Part shown: positions 39,741 to 54,984 of the stretch, one piece after another
How positions within the stretch are numbered: position 1 is the first letter of the stretch
Layout of the letters: every line of letters starts with the position of its first letter
Assembly: GCA_951406725.2 (NCBI GenBank)
Contig: OX597822.1
Coordinates: 46,252,001-46,316,000 of the forward strand
Source of the DNA: Octopus vulgaris
Taxonomy: Eukaryota
DNA: 64,000 bases
Direction of reading: 5' to 3'
Program-made: the position numbers and the translations under genes
Notes under the pieces: generated by a model
Seen by the model: only the letters and a program-made list of their open reading frames with translations
Told to the model about the DNA's origin: nothing
The model's database searches: none

Positions 39741-40868
39741 TGTTCAGAAAAAAATTTTCCATATTCGTATCGCACTGTACTGGATTGTTTATTTAGCTAT
39801 TTACTTCTTTCTCCACACAATTTAGTCTGAAAGTTACACACATACACATACATATCGCCACCAAATGACACACTTAGACAGGTAAAATTCCAAGATGTTA
39901 CACCTCCCTAAATGGCTATCATATTTCTCTGGCAATCTATCTTTACAGAATAGTCAGTAGAGTCAGGTGGGGCCGGGGCTAACATGCTCAATATAGTGAA
40001 CCACAAAAAAAAAAATCGCTTGATTCATTAAAATTAAACCAGTAATTTAAGGGGAAAATCATGAACACCATTGATTCCCTTTTTGGCAAGGGACACAACT
40101 CAAAAATCGTAATTAATTAAAATTGAATGCGAGAGTATTAAGTGGGAAACGGGTTCACTCTTTTACAAGTATGATGATAATGGCGGTGCTCCAGCATGGC
40201 CACAGTCATTGGACTGAAACATATAAAAGAATAACTCCAAACACTGATATAAATTTGTATTATAATTCATAGATGGCGAGGTAACAGAGTTATTAGAGTG
40301 CACAGTGCGGTAATCTTGCGCCCTCACTTCAAATCCGATTGATTTCTGCTTTATCGTTCACTCAATTCGGGACCGATAAATACGGTAGCTCTACCTCTAG
40401 CGGAGGGTGGGGGTGGGAAATCGAGTGCCTTCAGACCTGAAATGCTTCAAAATACGCCCCCCAACGACGCCAGTCAGAGTCGTAAAACGGTGAGGGACGA
40501 ACCTGGCAGATATTAGTCACCCGTCCCGAATGTGACTCTGGTTAGCTTTTTTCTTTCCATTTGGATTGATACGATTAATTCTGCTGTCCTGAAATACTCC
40601 TTTCCTGTGTAGTAAAACGGATACCAACATACAAGTTGCAACAGGAAATTCTATTTAATCAAATAAACCAAACAATTTCAATATACAAAAATTTTCACCT
40701 GAGATGACAAGAGTATATTTTAAAATCATATAATTAATGATTAATTCTGCTCAAAATAGAGAGGGGAAATAACTTTTGAGATATAAAATACTTGAAAATT
40801 GAATTATGCATACGGTGGGTTGAGAAAGTCCTTGAGTACATATACAGAGTATTATTTTCGTTGTTCGT

Positions 40869-41080
40869 GGCGGCGAGCAGGCAGAATCGTTAGCAGCTGG
40901 ATAAAATGCTTAGCGGCATTTCGTCTATCTTTATGTTCTGAGTTCAAAATCTACCGAGGTCGACTTTGCCTTTCATCCTTTCGGACTTGTTATAATAAAT
41001 ACAAGTACTAGAGTAAATGTACTCAACTTCCCCACCTTCCATTGAAAACCTGCTAGTCCTATGCCAAATTTTGAAATCAT
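40869..41080 (+). mobile_element. SINE family B
   Basis: ggcggcgagcaggcagaatcgttagc..gaggtcgactttgcctttcatcctttcgg. Confidence 0.85.
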
Positions 41081-41517
41081 TATTTTCTTTGTTCGTCCTG
41101 CTACCGATCGACTTTGCCTTGCTCTTCTACGCAGTTGATAAAATCAGGAGCAGTCGTCCGTGAATTGCGCCGTTTTAATCAGCCACATTTCTCCTATACA
41201 AACAAATGACCTTATATTAAAATTAAAAACTATTGTCATCGACTAGCCAACGAGAAATATTCTACGCAGTTACTCATCCTGCAAGAAACAGTAGCCAAAT
41301 CTCCCTGCACCTATAATCTGAAATCGTCAGAGTAAATTTTATACCATTTGCTGGGTTCGAGTGCCTTTTATTAGAGTTCATTGCATTGCAAATATTCAGA
41401 CCAGATCCCCACTCTGCAGGCAACCCAAGAATAACGGGTCTTCTTCCATTTTTAATACCATTTTCGCAGAATTCACAAAAAAGTTGTCGGTATTACTCTT
41501 CATCTACTAGATTTTAC

Positions 41518-41890
41518 CTTTTACCTGTTTCAATCATTATACTGCGGCCATGCTGGGGCACCGCCTTCAAGAGTTTTTAACCGAATGAATCGACCGCAAT
41601 ACGTTTTCTATTTAAAACATGGTACTTATTCTATCGGTCTCTTTTGCCAAACTGCTGTTACTGGGACGTAAACAAACCAACACCAGTTGTCAAGCGGTGG
41701 TGGGGAACAAGCACGGACGCAAAGACACACAAGTAGGTATACAATAGGACGGGTTTCTTTCAGTTTCTGTGTATTAAATCCACTCACAAGGCTTTGATCG
41801 GCCCGAGGCTATAGTAGAAGACATTTTCTCAAGGTGCCACGCAGTGGGACTAAACCCAGAACCATGTGGTTGGGAAGCAAACATCTGACC
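41518..41890 (-). mobile_element. SINE family A, full length
   Basis: Reverse complement of A consensus with CpGs retained. Confidence 0.9.
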
Positions 41891-43793
41891 ATACAGCTAC
41901 GTCTGTGCCTAAAATAAATTTTTAGAAAACATAATAGAAAAAAACCTAGATACATCGAACTATATAGTCTTATGGCTGGGGTACCTATCAACATGCGTGA
42001 TCAGGACTGACCTAGGGTTAAACAATAAGTACCGTATTTGAACGAATCCCACCAGCACTTAAAAAAAATTACCCAGAGTCCTACATGCAAAGTTATTAAT
42101 TAATGCAGTAAAGCACTAAAAACATTTTCTCCTGGATACGCGCTGCAGAAATTAAAACGCGTCTTTTATGCCAACAAATACAGAATTTAAAACTAGATCG
42201 GTAACTGTATACCAAACATTTTACTGCGGCATGACAACGCCCTACCAAGTGGTCATTACTGATCTACAAAAGGTACGATATTCATTCAAATTTACCACAT
42301 CATTGCCAGTAAATATACTTACTAACAATTGTTTGTTAGGATCTTGTAAAATTTCCTCCAACTACTTGAAGTATTTCAAATTTTCACCAGATTATTTTCT
42401 AAAGACGTAGTTTTGCATGCTGATAACGAAGATCACATTCATTTTTTTTTTTTAAAGAAATTAATCATAAAGAAGTTACATCAGTGTAGAAAATATGAAA
42501 AAAATCTGGTAGATTTTCAAATATTGCAAGTGGTTGGAAGAAATTTAACAAGGTCTGTTTGTTACGTAGGTATGGAGTTTGAAGATTTTGAAGCTGAGAT
42601 ATTCGTGATTTTTCAAACTATATCAAAAGACAAAAAGTAACAATATAATCTTTATTTCTTGCATTTGTAGGAGAGCGAGAGTGTAGCCAATCGAATCGAG
42701 CTCGGTTCATGACAGGTACCAATTACAAGATTATATTTTCTGATCACTGAAAGTTTTGGAAATTTGAGAAAATAATCTGCATTGTCCAAACAGAAGGGTT
42801 CCTGAGAAAGAAAACAAAAAAGATCTACGTCTCTCCATACAAGATAATAAAAGCATTCCTTTAGAATAAATTAACAACTCCGATGGCACTCTATCCATTA
42901 CGACAACGAGGGTTCCAGTTTGTTTCGATCAAAGGAAAATCCTGCTCTTGAACTTTACATGCAAGTGGCTGAGCAATCCACAGACATGCGTACCCTTAAG
43001 GAATGTGACAAGGCTGGTCCTCTGAATCCCATGTACATTTTTGCCAGCTGAGTAGGACACAAAGCACCGCCTGGAATCGAAGTCACAACCTTACGATCGT
43101 GAGCCGTTATAAGCAACTGTAATAGACCTGCAAGAAATCCTCTGTAAATTAGGAATCCCTAGACAAGGATTAACCTTACCAGAATTTAGAACCTCAATAA
43201 AGAACAAATATATTATATATTAATACAGTAAATATATTATATATTAGTAGCTCGAAGCTAATTTCTCTTGGATTGATTGGTCAAAAGATGTAGACACCGC
43301 TGATGAGAGCACAATAAGAATCGAAAATTGATTAAGACTGTTCATCGGTTTTCTTTTTTTCAATCTACGTAGAAATAGTCTACTAGGTTTTCACACACAC
43401 ATACATACGTGTGTGTGTGAATGGTAACGTAACAAACGTTACAATAATGCGCCAACATGGGAGCCTCTGCGCGTTTGATTAATTTCTAGATATAGCACCC
43501 AAATCTCCACCAAATCACACATCATCTCGAAAAAAAGGCGGCGGGAGAGCGCATAATACAGTTCGAGATATACTGCGTCTTAAATAAACGTGACGTTCGC
43601 GATTATAAAGCTCGGTTTGGGCTGGACACTGATTCTAGCCGCGTGTATGTGAGTGTGTTTATAATTGTATTTACGAAAGAAATATAAAAGAACTCAATAC
43701 TTCTGAAAAAGCAAATAAAGTTACATTAGAGTATGAACTGCATATACATACATATGTGTGTGTGTGTGTGTGGTTGTTGGTGTGCACGCGCGC

Positions 43794-43829
<36 letters not shown>

Positions 43830-44804
43830 ACACACACACACACACACACGTGAATGCAGATTACCGAAAACACAAGCTTTGCTAGGCCGAACATGTTGCC
43901 CCTTCCGGATATTATGAATATTCCCCAACCATCTCATTCATAATCTATCCCTCGGTCTCCCGCCATTCCTTCCTTGGTCGGCTTGGAGTAACTGTGTGGC
44001 GATTTTTTCCTGCAAAATGCTAATCAAACGTCTGAAGTACATAAACTCGCTTCTCAATGCAGACAAGTAGCAGCTCGATCTAAAAAGGCTCCCTGATCTC
44101 CAAGCTATACACCCTGTCGAATAATGTTACTCCAGAGAACTTTGCAGGAACCCTATTTGGACTGCTAGCATTCGCGATCGTACTCTTTCGATCATTACAT
44201 AAGATTCTTGATCACAGATGAGGAGAGACACGAAAACCGAAATGAAGACGGCGAGTTTGGCAGTTTTACCAACCTCTCCGCTTCTGATCATCAACTACCG
44301 GAACTGACACATTACGTTATTTACCATATTATGCTTCAAGCAGTATGCTGTTGTTTGGCACCTGACTGCAATTGTGCAGGGGAGCACGGGTTTTCAAGAA
44401 GCTCATAGGTTATGTGACTCATGTTTTAAGGGGAACAGTTTTATGGGGCTCAACTCGAACCATGTTCTGAATTGCTTGAATGTAATAATTCTGAGTAAAT
44501 CAACATTCCCGGATCAGTTGAAATAGAATCTTTTTAAAGTGGTTTCTCCAAAACGCAGATTTAACTTCGGTTTTCATAAACCCGGACAAAAACGATGAGA
44601 AAGGCAAAAACGGCTGCGGCCATGCTCGGGCAACGACTTGAAGAGTTTCAGTCGAACAGATCATCCTCAGTCCTTTTAAATTTTCTTTTTACCTGGCGCT
44701 TATTTAATCGTTCTTTATGTCGAACCACTAAGGTTAGCAAGTAGTGAAGGGAAAACCAAACATGGACACACACACACGTATATAAACCCACTCAACACAC
44801 CATC

Positions 44805-45118
44805 TTTTGTTTCATTAGATTGTGGCCATGCTGAGTCACCGCCTTGAGAAATTTTTAGTCGAATGAATCGACCCCAATACTGTTATCTGTTACTTTTGCC
44901 AAAACGCTAAGTTACGGGGACGTAGACACCCCAACCCCAGTTGTCAAGAGGTAGGTTCTCACACAGACACACACACACACAACAGGCTTCTTTTAGTTTC
45001 TGCCTACCAAATCGACTCAGAAGGTTGTGGTCAGCCAAAGGCTATAGAAGACACTTGCCCAAGGTTCCACACAGAATCATGTGGTGGGGAAGCAAGCTTT
45101 TTACCACATAGCTACGCC
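44805..45118 (-). mobile_element. SINE family A (second partial copy at 44615-44770)
   Basis: gtttcattagattgtggccatgctgag..gggaagcaagctttttaccacatagctacgcc. Confidence 0.85.
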
Positions 45119-45368
45119 AAATTTGACTCCGTTAAAAGTATTGAGTCCTTTCGTCAGTAAATATTTGTTGCTCATAACATAATTTGACGACACTAACTTT
45201 AACACGCAATTACACTTTCCACTGTAGCTTTATTTAAGACGGTAAGGGGTGGTTTGAGAACTGATTCGGCTGCTATTTCCAGCATATCATGTGACTGCGT
45301 AGAATCTTCTCTAAGAATTGCAAGTTGCCCAACAAGCAACCGAAGCAGATGGTGCAGAAAGTTCTAGA

Positions 45369-45409
<41 letters not shown>

Positions 45410-47699
45410 AAAATAGTCGTAATGATGTTATTGTTTAACCCCAGGTCATCCTTGAGCAAGTAGACATGTAAGAGACATCCCAACAGTGACCATCTCATCT
45501 GTTTCTTAGGTGCAGAGTAACGGGGGTGCATTTTGAGAGCGAGAGAAATGTGGCTGCTATTTCTACAATGTTAAATGACCACGTAGAGGCTCCTTCTTTG
45601 GCTCGGAGCTTTATTGTACGGTTGAAAGTGGTGGTCGTGCTGAGGAGCAGAAGAGGTGAGACAAAAAAAAATGTCGGGGAATGATTGCTAACACAAAAAA
45701 TGTAAAACAAAAGGCAGTGACCTGCAAATAAAACATAAACCTTTAGAAGTAATTAAAAGCACAATTAAATAATAATAATAATAATAATAATAACAATAAT
45801 AAATACAAGCAAATAAAATGTTATTCTTTATTGCCTATCTTATTAAAATGTACGTGCTTTTGCGTATGTATCAATCTGCACATTATGTATGTGTGTATAA
45901 ATATATATCTGTATATGTCTCACACCCACCCATACACATATGGAGACATAGGCACATAAAAATACATATATATATAGAACGCAGACAGACATGAGAGGTC
46001 GAAAGGGCGAGTCCATGTTAATGGATGTCAGATATTCAACAATCTCAAAAGAAGCGAGAGCAGATCTACATTTGAGTTAACATGCATCGAAATGATCAAT
46101 AAATGGTCACATTATTCCGCACCTCTTTCAGCATCTGCTGTCGGGAGAGGAGCATGGAGACAGAGTAGAAGAAAGAGAGAGAGAAAGAAAGAAAAGAAGA
46201 GAGAGAAGTCATCATCGTCCCTTTCAATGCTGTCTTCTTATAAATTGAAAGCAAGTGGAGGGGGGGGGGGGGATAGACTAACAGCAGTGGCTACCAAACA
46301 GTATACGAAATCTCAAGTTTAAAGTAGCAAGACATGATCTCTTGTTTATATTATTCTCTGTTTTTTTGGGGGATTGTTGTTTTTTCAACGTTTTGTAGAA
46401 CATGTCGGGAATTTAATAGGTGACAAATATATCGCCCCTCCACTGCAGAAATAAAAAAAAAAAAAAGAAAACCAAATAGGTGCTTAATACATTATAAGTG
46501 GTGTAGGCTGATTCAAAGTTCAAATTGATAAACGTGTGTAAAAATACACACGCGTACAAACTTCACATAAAATACAAAAGCTCGCGTGGTGACATGTGAA
46601 GTAATATGTATGCTTAATCAGTTTTATATATCAACTTAATGAAAAATGCTTAAGAACTGAATGCATACCTCTTGACGAAAGCTAATTATATACATCTATA
46701 TATACACACACACACACAGAGACATAAACATAGAACATACATATATACATACACACGCAAACATACGACATACATACACGCGTCAGTAACACATGACCTC
46801 CGCCATTAACTCAGCGGTACAAGCCACTCTATCCACTTGGTCGCACAACGTTTTGCCTGCTGGCTTAATCAAAGCCCACCCTTTTCACCACTCGTACTGG
46901 ATTGCTAAATGGCTAAACGAAAATATTTTTGTCTTCGACAATAATAACAATAATTTCTTTAATAGTAAATGACGACAAAGATGATTTCTTAATGATAATT
47001 ATATGTATAATATATTTATTTTTTTCTTAGACATGAAGTCTGAGATTTTTAAGTGCGGAGATGATAATAATAAATACACGCCTTGCTCTATCACTCATTT
47101 ATGTCAGCCATTTTTCCATGTCACTAAGAATAATGCGTAGAATTTGATGATATTACACATAGCCGTCAGTTTGCTGTTACTGTTCTTTTCATGCAGTGGC
47201 GACGACGGCGGTGATTTATTTGCCTTAACAAGCATTTCAAAAACTAAGTGTGACTGAAGTTTTAGCGATTTCTTCTTCAAGGAAGCCCTCCATTCTATTG
47301 ATTCAAAATTGCCCATATGAATGTCATTTTATTTCCAGCAGAGAACGCTGTAACAGGGATAACAATCACCAATTGATACTACAAGCATAATCTGCTGTTA
47401 AGCAGCCACTCACTCAAGACGTTACGAACACATCTTTATTACACAGATACTTCAGACAGACAGACGATTTAGAACAGTTCCAGTTGTTTGTTTCCCGTTT
47501 CTCGATTTGTTTTTATTAGCCAATAATGCGAATTCTTATAATCGCTTTATGGCGTCCGAGATCACGTTTAATAACGAGCTGTTTCAAATGTCGCCATTAA
47601 GCAGCAGCCGTACGTATTTAAGACGTGCAAATCACTGTCATCATACAGGTGACAAACCTACTGAATGTTAACAAATGATTTAAAATCAATAATAACGAT

Positions 47700-48790
47700 A
47701 AGGATTTCTTTCATTTGCCACAAGGGCGACGAGTGAAGCACAAATTACAATCACCAAAATATATTGTATATACGCATAATTGACTATGATAAGAAAAAAG
47801 ACGTATATAAAACAAGTTTTTTTATGGTCTGGAATGGATATCTTCCCTTGGGGAGACATCCACCTAAGGCCAATCAAAGAAGCCCAGAAATCCTGAGTTA
47901 CCCTACCGTCTACCAGTAACGTTCTCTGATCTGCAGGTGTAAATGGAAAACAGACATATTCACATGGATCAGTCTCGGTATTCTAACTCACATTTCAATA
48001 AATTCACTTGGCGACAGCACCCCTCTCACCAATCTCACATTGAAAACTTGGCCAAAGAGAAAGGTGTTCGTTTGCCCTTTTTATCTTGTCTATCATACAA
48101 TTTCTTTTGCCATGGTCACCAGAGGAAAATTGCCCGTTTTTCTAGACCAAAGAAAAGAGGTAGAGAAATCCTCATAGTTGATTTGGTTGATATATAGATC
48201 CGTCCAAAACGCGACAACAGCTGATCAACCCTACGAGTCAGCAATGCTCGGACAATGAATGACTACGTACAGAACAGTTTCATAGTTCTGCACACATCTT
48301 GGAGTTGGTCACGAATCGGCAATGCCCGCCAGTAGCACTGCCAGATGAGGGATTTCTGGAACTTGTCCATAACTGCCACACTGAAAAGTCCTCAGAGTAA
48401 GCTTTTCAGTTAGTTCTCACTGATATCCAGAGTTTTCCGAAAATATCGTTCGAGCACTACATTCTATACAAGTGTTGGCTTAATGCCAGTCGCGTTCAAT
48501 ACTTTGAACAAATGACAACATTCTAGCTGCCAGGCATCCAATCTCGATCTTCGCTAAACCCAGGGCTGCATTTCAGTTAAAGAAACGAGCTACGCTGCAA
48601 GAAATTATACCTCACTAACGGCCATCACAAATCATCGAGATATCTCTTCAGATGCCGCAGATTGCATAACGAGTTCTCCAGTAGACAGGCGCTCAGTTCA
48701 GAGGGGCGCTTCTTTCCAGAAAAGGTGAAAGAGTAGACACTCCAACCTATTCAAACGAAAACTGGGGTAAGACCTGACGACGATCAGGTA
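47700..48790 (-). mobile_element. Tx1/L1-clade LINE 3' portion, decayed
   Basis: MDKFQKSLIWQCYWRALPIRDQL..PRCVQNYETVLYVVIHCPSIAD..VDQLLSRFGRI..AKEIV (zf-RVT-like C-terminus); 3' end cgcccttgtggcaaatgaaagaaat. Confidence 0.8.
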
Positions 48791-49215
48791 GAAGAAACTA
48801 CGGAAACAAGATTAACATTCGCCACCTCCTACTGACATTTCAGGGATACCTTCCTTTTCACTCGGATATTTTTATGCTGCCTGCGAAAGTGACCAATAGC
48901 TATTTCACTCTGGGCAACGCAACTACTGAATGATTACGAAAGTGATACGAAAATACGAGTGGCAATACGTCTTACAATGTTTTTTATTAGATCACCCATA
49001 GCCTATGGTCATGCACAACAAACCTAACAGCCGTTTCATTAGAATTAAGAGCTTTAAGGCAGAATGGAAGACCGTTCTGCAAGGAGATATGATGCTACAA
49101 AACTCGAATCTGGAGTATAGCGTCTAAACTACACAGTGATCCCAGAGAAAAAAAATTAAAAAAGAAAAGAAAAACGAGTGGAGACAAATAAACATATTAA
49201 AAATATTGTATTGAA

Positions 49216-49532
49216 CAGTGATTCTCAACCATTTTTTGCCTATGGTCCTCTTTGATCACCATTCTATTCTGGTGGATCCTCAAACCCCATTCGATGAGTA
49301 AAAACTAGTTTTATCGATGTTCTTTTCAAAATTCCGACCTTGTTTTGCACACGATAACTTGTGTAAGTTGAACTTCGTAAAATGTTAGAGAAAGAAACTT
49401 AGCTATTCCTCACTATAAATACATCAAAAGAAAAATTTTCATGAACATTTAGAATACGACTGTGCATCCCCAATGTACTATTTTACTTGCGGGAACCCCA
49501 TGGATCATAAGAACCTCGGTTAAGTTCCACTG
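49216..49532. mobile_element. hAT-type MITE
   Basis: cagtgattctcaacc ... ggttaagttccactg; related to 9490-9685 and 59400-59660. Confidence 0.75.
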
Positions 49533-49906
49533 ATCTAGAACTAGCAAGAACATTTCGAAATTCTTTCTTCATTATCCAGAAGGATTCGCGCATACTATAT
49601 ACAAAAAACATTGAAAAACATGGCGGTTACAATGCATGTTGCGCCAAACAAAGCAAATATAATGTAGGTTGCGAGAGGCGAGGATATTATTACAATGAGA
49701 CCTTATCGTTTATATGAAAACATAGTAGCAAATGTCTCTGATTTGTCCAATGCCTACGAAATATTAGTGGTAACATAGCAACAAAGCGGATATAACTAAA
49801 AGTCACGACGAAGTCATGAAGTCGGTTTATTATTATCATTAATAGTATTATAAGAAAGAAAGAAGTTACAGAGAAAAGAGAATAAATAATGAAAGAGGTA
49901 AAATGA

Positions 49907-50270
49907 AGTGGTAAGTAGCTTGCTTACGAACCACATGGTTCCGAGTTCAGTCCCACTGCGTGGTACCTTGGGCAAGTGTCTTCTATTATAGCCTCGGGCC
50001 GACCAAAGCCTTATAAGTGAATTTGGTAGACGGAAACTGAAAGCCCGTCGTATATGTGTATGTGTGTGTGTGTCCCCAACATCGCTTGACAACTGATGCT
50101 GGTATGTTTACATCCCCGTAACTTAGCGGTTCGGCAAAAGAGCCTGATAGAAAAAGTACTAGGCTTGCTTACAAAGAATAAGTCCTCGGGTCGATTTGCT
50201 CGACTAAAGGCGGTGCTCCAGCATGGCCACAGTCAAATGACTGAAACAAGTAAAAGAGTAAAGAGTAAAG
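49907..50270 (+). mobile_element. SINE family A
   Basis: Near-identical to 17265-17690. Confidence 0.93.
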
Positions 50271-50751
50271 TCTGAGGAAGAGTATAAAATGAAGAAGGGA
50301 GGTAAATAATGAAAAGAAATCGTGTCAGAGACAAAGCAACAAATAGAATACTTATATAAATATGGATATTGAAGGTATTTTAAGCTCAAATTTAATTTGA
50401 ACTTATTTCAATAGCAATGATTTAAAAGCTACTAGACAATTTTTAGTGCGTTCGCTGCAAAATAAACCAATAAACAGCAAACGTCACCGGACAGCTATAA
50501 CACGCCTCTCATTCAACCTATGATCAACGAACAGCTGACGAAGTATTTGGGGTAAACATTTTTATAGGTCAGGAGTTCAAACCAGCTACCGGTGTTTAGT
50601 TACGTTCCTGGTAGAAAGCTTCTTAGTTCACTCGGGTGGGGGACATAACAAAGCACTGCGGCTCACTCAGTGACACCATTCGCTTGAAAACTGAATATTT
50701 CTAAATATGCTCAATTTTCCATGCCTACTCGAGTTAGGATAGCACTATTAT

Positions 50752-51271
50752 ATGTAGGCTCGTTTATCACTGATCCGTAATAACATGGTACACTCAATTA
50801 TTAACCATGCTAGGCTTATCACGGATTGATCTGTGATAGCACGGGTCGGCGATCAGTTAAAGAATTTACTAGTACCGTAGAAACGCGTCCCCGCAACCTA
50901 CCCAGAATCCACGGACTATCGCTTGTGTTTACATCAACGTGCTGCGAGGCAGTATATATTTTTTTATACGGATTTACCTATTCGTACCCATCAACGTCAG
51001 ACCAGTGATCAGAAAAAATATGAAAGCGGTGGATCCTAACACACAGCTCAGACGATAGTATTCTCTACAGGAAAAGCCAGATATGATCAAGAAAATACGA
51101 GACGGTGAAAGCTTCGTTGCTGTGAGCCGCGAATTTGGTGTCAATGAATCTACTATTCGTTCCCTACTAACATGCCTGATCCTAACAAACTCCATGCACT
51201 TTATTTACGGGGACGTAAATGGAGATGACTCATTTAGAACCAAACCACCATGATAAACGAGGATAAATGTA
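50752..51271 (+). mobile_element. Tigger/pogo deletion derivative
   Basis: TIR cores ctcgtttatca / tgataaacgag; internal SLQEK.DMIKKIRDGESFVAVSREFGVNESTIRS (CENP-B/psq HTH). Confidence 0.8.
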
Positions 51272-52351
51272 CTACTGCCATATATCGCCCGCTAACGATA
51301 TAAACACGAGTGCTTTTATGCACCACGAGTCCATATGAGAGGTTCTCTCAAGGTAAATAACATAGTATTCTGTGTTCTAACACAAAATCCACTTTTAAGT
51401 GAGGATAAATAAATTTTGGTATTAATGCTGCTTCTGTCCCTATTAATTATTTCTAAAATATTACTATAATTTTCCACACCTACTTGGGTTACAGTAATTA
51501 CTAAGTCATCCTATATTCTGCCAACACTACTTCAGCAAGTACGGCGAAGTCTGCGCTTCACTGAAGAGGCCTAATAATACAGAAAATTTTCCGGTGTTGT
51601 TTCCCCTACATGTCGAAATGATAAAAACGATATCAGCCATTGAGCTAATGGTTTACTCTGCTCACCAAATTAGTATTTCTTAATTATATTATTGATGCTA
51701 ATTGCATTAAATATGTCCATCTCCTCTTAATAATTACAAGGTATAGATCTGTATCAAACCAACAATAAGGAGTGTGTTAGCTGCCAAAGGCTGGCATACT
51801 GTCGAGAACGGAATGGAAAAATAGGCAATTTTCTTTTTAGATGCAAACCACAGACCTTTAAAATCCCCTTGTAATGAAGAGTCACTTAGGGAAATGCCTG
51901 TTTTTGAATCATGAAAATTTTTTAATTCAAGACGAGATAGCTTTAATGCAAGAAATTCCCTAAAACTCAAGAAGTAACGATTTTAAATCACATATGAAAT
52001 TATTACATTACACGTTACAAAGTACATCTTGCGAAATCATTAACATTACGAGAGTCCATCCTCCATATACCTAAAACTTTACAGCTTCTGTATGTATATG
52101 ATATAATCGACATTATATAAATCACACAGTGAACTCGCCGTGGGGAGTATAGCCTGTTTTTTTCTAAGAAGATGTAAAACCCTGCTGTCGCTCTTTAATT
52201 TCTCTCCAATCAATTTTTATCCGAAGATTTATGTCCAAAACGTTGAACTTTCCACACCACATGGCAAATTCATTACTGTTTTTGTCGATTTTACCATCAA
52301 CACTGGTCTCCTTGAAATCTGTGTGTGTGTGTGTGTGTGTGTGTGTGATCG

Positions 52352-52600
52352 CTTACTTGTTTTAGTCATTAGACTGCGGTCATGCTGGGGCACGCCTTGA
52401 AAGATTTTAGTCGAACGAATCGATCCCAGTTCTTTTTTTTCTTCTTTTAAACCTGGTGCTTATTCTATCAGTCTCTTTTGCCTCTACGAAATCCACTCAC
52501 AAGGCTTTAGGTGGTCCGAGGTTGTAGTAGAAAACACTTGTCCAAAGGTGAACCTTTGGAACCATGTGGTTGAGAAGCAAACTTCTTACAATACAACCAT
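52352..52600 (-). mobile_element. SINE family A (internally deleted)
   Basis: Tail ttacttgttttagtcattagactgcggtcatgctgggg and head ggaaccatgtggttgagaagc. Confidence 0.85.
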
Positions 52601-52606
52601 GCATAT

Positions 52607-52643
<37 letters not shown>

Positions 52644-54711
52644 ATCGAGCAGAATATCTGATATTGATATACATCGCTGGTCACAATGCTCTTCGCAGTG
52701 TTTTAGCTTTCGAGTGATGCAACCCTGCTTGCTAGATGAACAGGCCAACATACACACACACACGCATAATGCAATAAAATGTTCTCTGATGATCCGTTCT
52801 GGTCAAGCATCTAAATGGAACTAATATAAACACGTTTGTCTTAATTTCTCATTCATATACATACATACATCTATAAAAATCTGTAAAACTTTCCAGAAGT
52901 TTATCATTTAAATATATATGAGCATGTCTAAATATGCAACTATATGCATGAGAATACATACATAAAACATACAAATCTGCACATACATACAAACAAAAAT
53001 AGCATGTTGTTCAAGTTGAAATTCCAATGAATGAGCCTTGGATCTAGGTTAGAAACCGGTTCTTCCTCTATTGGCAAGAAATCTTGAAATAAACTGAATG
53101 ACATACATACACATACAGACACACACATATATGTATGTGCCCGTATGAACAAATGGTAAGTTCGCATCACAACCACGAGGTCTCGAGTTCCATATTACTG
53201 CTTGGAATCTTAAGCAAGTTTCATTTTCTAAAGCCTTCAATCTGAACGATACCTTGTGAGAGAAATAGTATGCGCAGAAAGTGTACAAAAGGTCACCGGA
53301 TGGATTGTACTTTTAATTTATAGTTACGACCTTGTCGCACACAGTTTCACGCTAATCGTACCTGAGAATTACGCCAAGCAACGTGTGAAATGCTCAGGTA
53401 TTCACACATTAATTAAGAAACAAGTAATTCAAGTACCGTTCAAAGGAACAAGCTCTAATTACTTAGTTTGTTTTGTTTTTTTTTTGTTTTTTGTGTGCCG
53501 GTACTCAGATAATTTCAAAAATGAATTATTTCACGTTCTCTCGAATGTTTAGAAGACTTTTATAATGTCGGCACTCTCTCTGTTTACCATTGTTTATACA
53601 CCTGTCTTCGTCTTTCGTTTTTTTGTAAATTCTGTGTGTATATGTGTGTGTGTATATATATATAATAATAGGCGCAAGCGTGGCTGTGTGGTAAGACGTT
53701 TACTTTCCAGCTGCATGGTTCTGGGTTCAGTCCCATTGCGCGGCATTGTGACTGCTGCTCACCGCTTGACATTCTGTGTTGGTTTGTTTACACCCATGTG
53801 ATCTAGCGGTTCGGCATAGGGAGACTGATAGAAGTACGATGTTTAAAAATAAGTATTGGGGGTTGATTTGTTTGACCAAACCGCTCCAGCATGGTCGCAG
53901 GCTAAGGACTCAGACAAAAAAAATGTGTGTGTGTGTTTACCATTTTTACATTAAATTGGAGGATTACTTAATACATTTGGTAGAGAACAAAATTATTATT
54001 CTTTAAGAAGAATAGTATTGACAGTGATTTCGAAGTTATTATTAGTCGCGACAGTCTCTTGCTACTCTGAGTTAATCCAACACCAAACGTGTGGGTGTGT
54101 TCATTTTATATATCTGCCCCTGGGCACAGTACTATGTTTATGTCAGCTAATACTTATGTAAAATATATACACATCCATTGTCTTCGTGAGGACATTAATC
54201 ATATTATATAACAAGGTCGTTGTCACAAACTGAAACCAGGGCAGGTCATAAAATGTCGATACAAACTAGAAGTAAAAAAAAAAATCTGTTTAATGCGTGA
54301 ATTTGAAGAAAACGTTGTATGAGTAGATGAGAGTCGCCAATTGTCTGAATCAATTCAGGCTGTATGTAGGTAGGTTCGTTTGTGGACATAACAAAAAAAT
54401 TTTCATTTTTCCAAATAATTTTGGCCTTGCTTACTTCCGGCAGCGTTTCGACGGAGACAAAAAAAGAGGCCAATCACAACGCTGCGTGTTGATTGCACTA
54501 CAAAGACCAACTCATATGACACGAAGGATCGTCACTCGAATAGGTTATGTTGGTATGCGTCAACATTGTTCTAAATTGGGAACCATAGCACAAAGAGATT
54601 AATGTTAGTGCCATGAGAAGTGGAAACTGGTGTTTCTGGTGTGACATTTGGTTAGGGAAGGGACTTATTATTTCCACATGACTACGGATATGTAATTAAT
54701 CTTATGTAACT

Positions 54712-54925
54712 TTTTCTACTCTAGGCACAAGGCCAGAAATTTTTTGAGGAGGGGGAGGGGGACAATCGATTAGATCGACCCTAGTACGCAACTGATACTT
54801 AATTTATCGACCTCGAAAGGATGAAAGACAAAGTCGACCTCGGCGGAATTTGAACTCAGAACGTAAAGACGAAATACCGCTAAACATTTCGCCCGGCGTG
54901 CTAACGATTCTGCCAGCTCGCCGCT
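54712..54925 (-). mobile_element. SINE family B, young copy, tail B1
   Basis: ttttctactctaggcacaaggcc ... ctgccagctcgccgc; flanked by repeated tcttatgtaa (possible TSD). Confidence 0.92.
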
Positions 54926-54984
54926 TTATTCTTATGTAATACTATTAAAGTGGGGTGTAGATTCTTTGCCTGTCATCTTTTAAT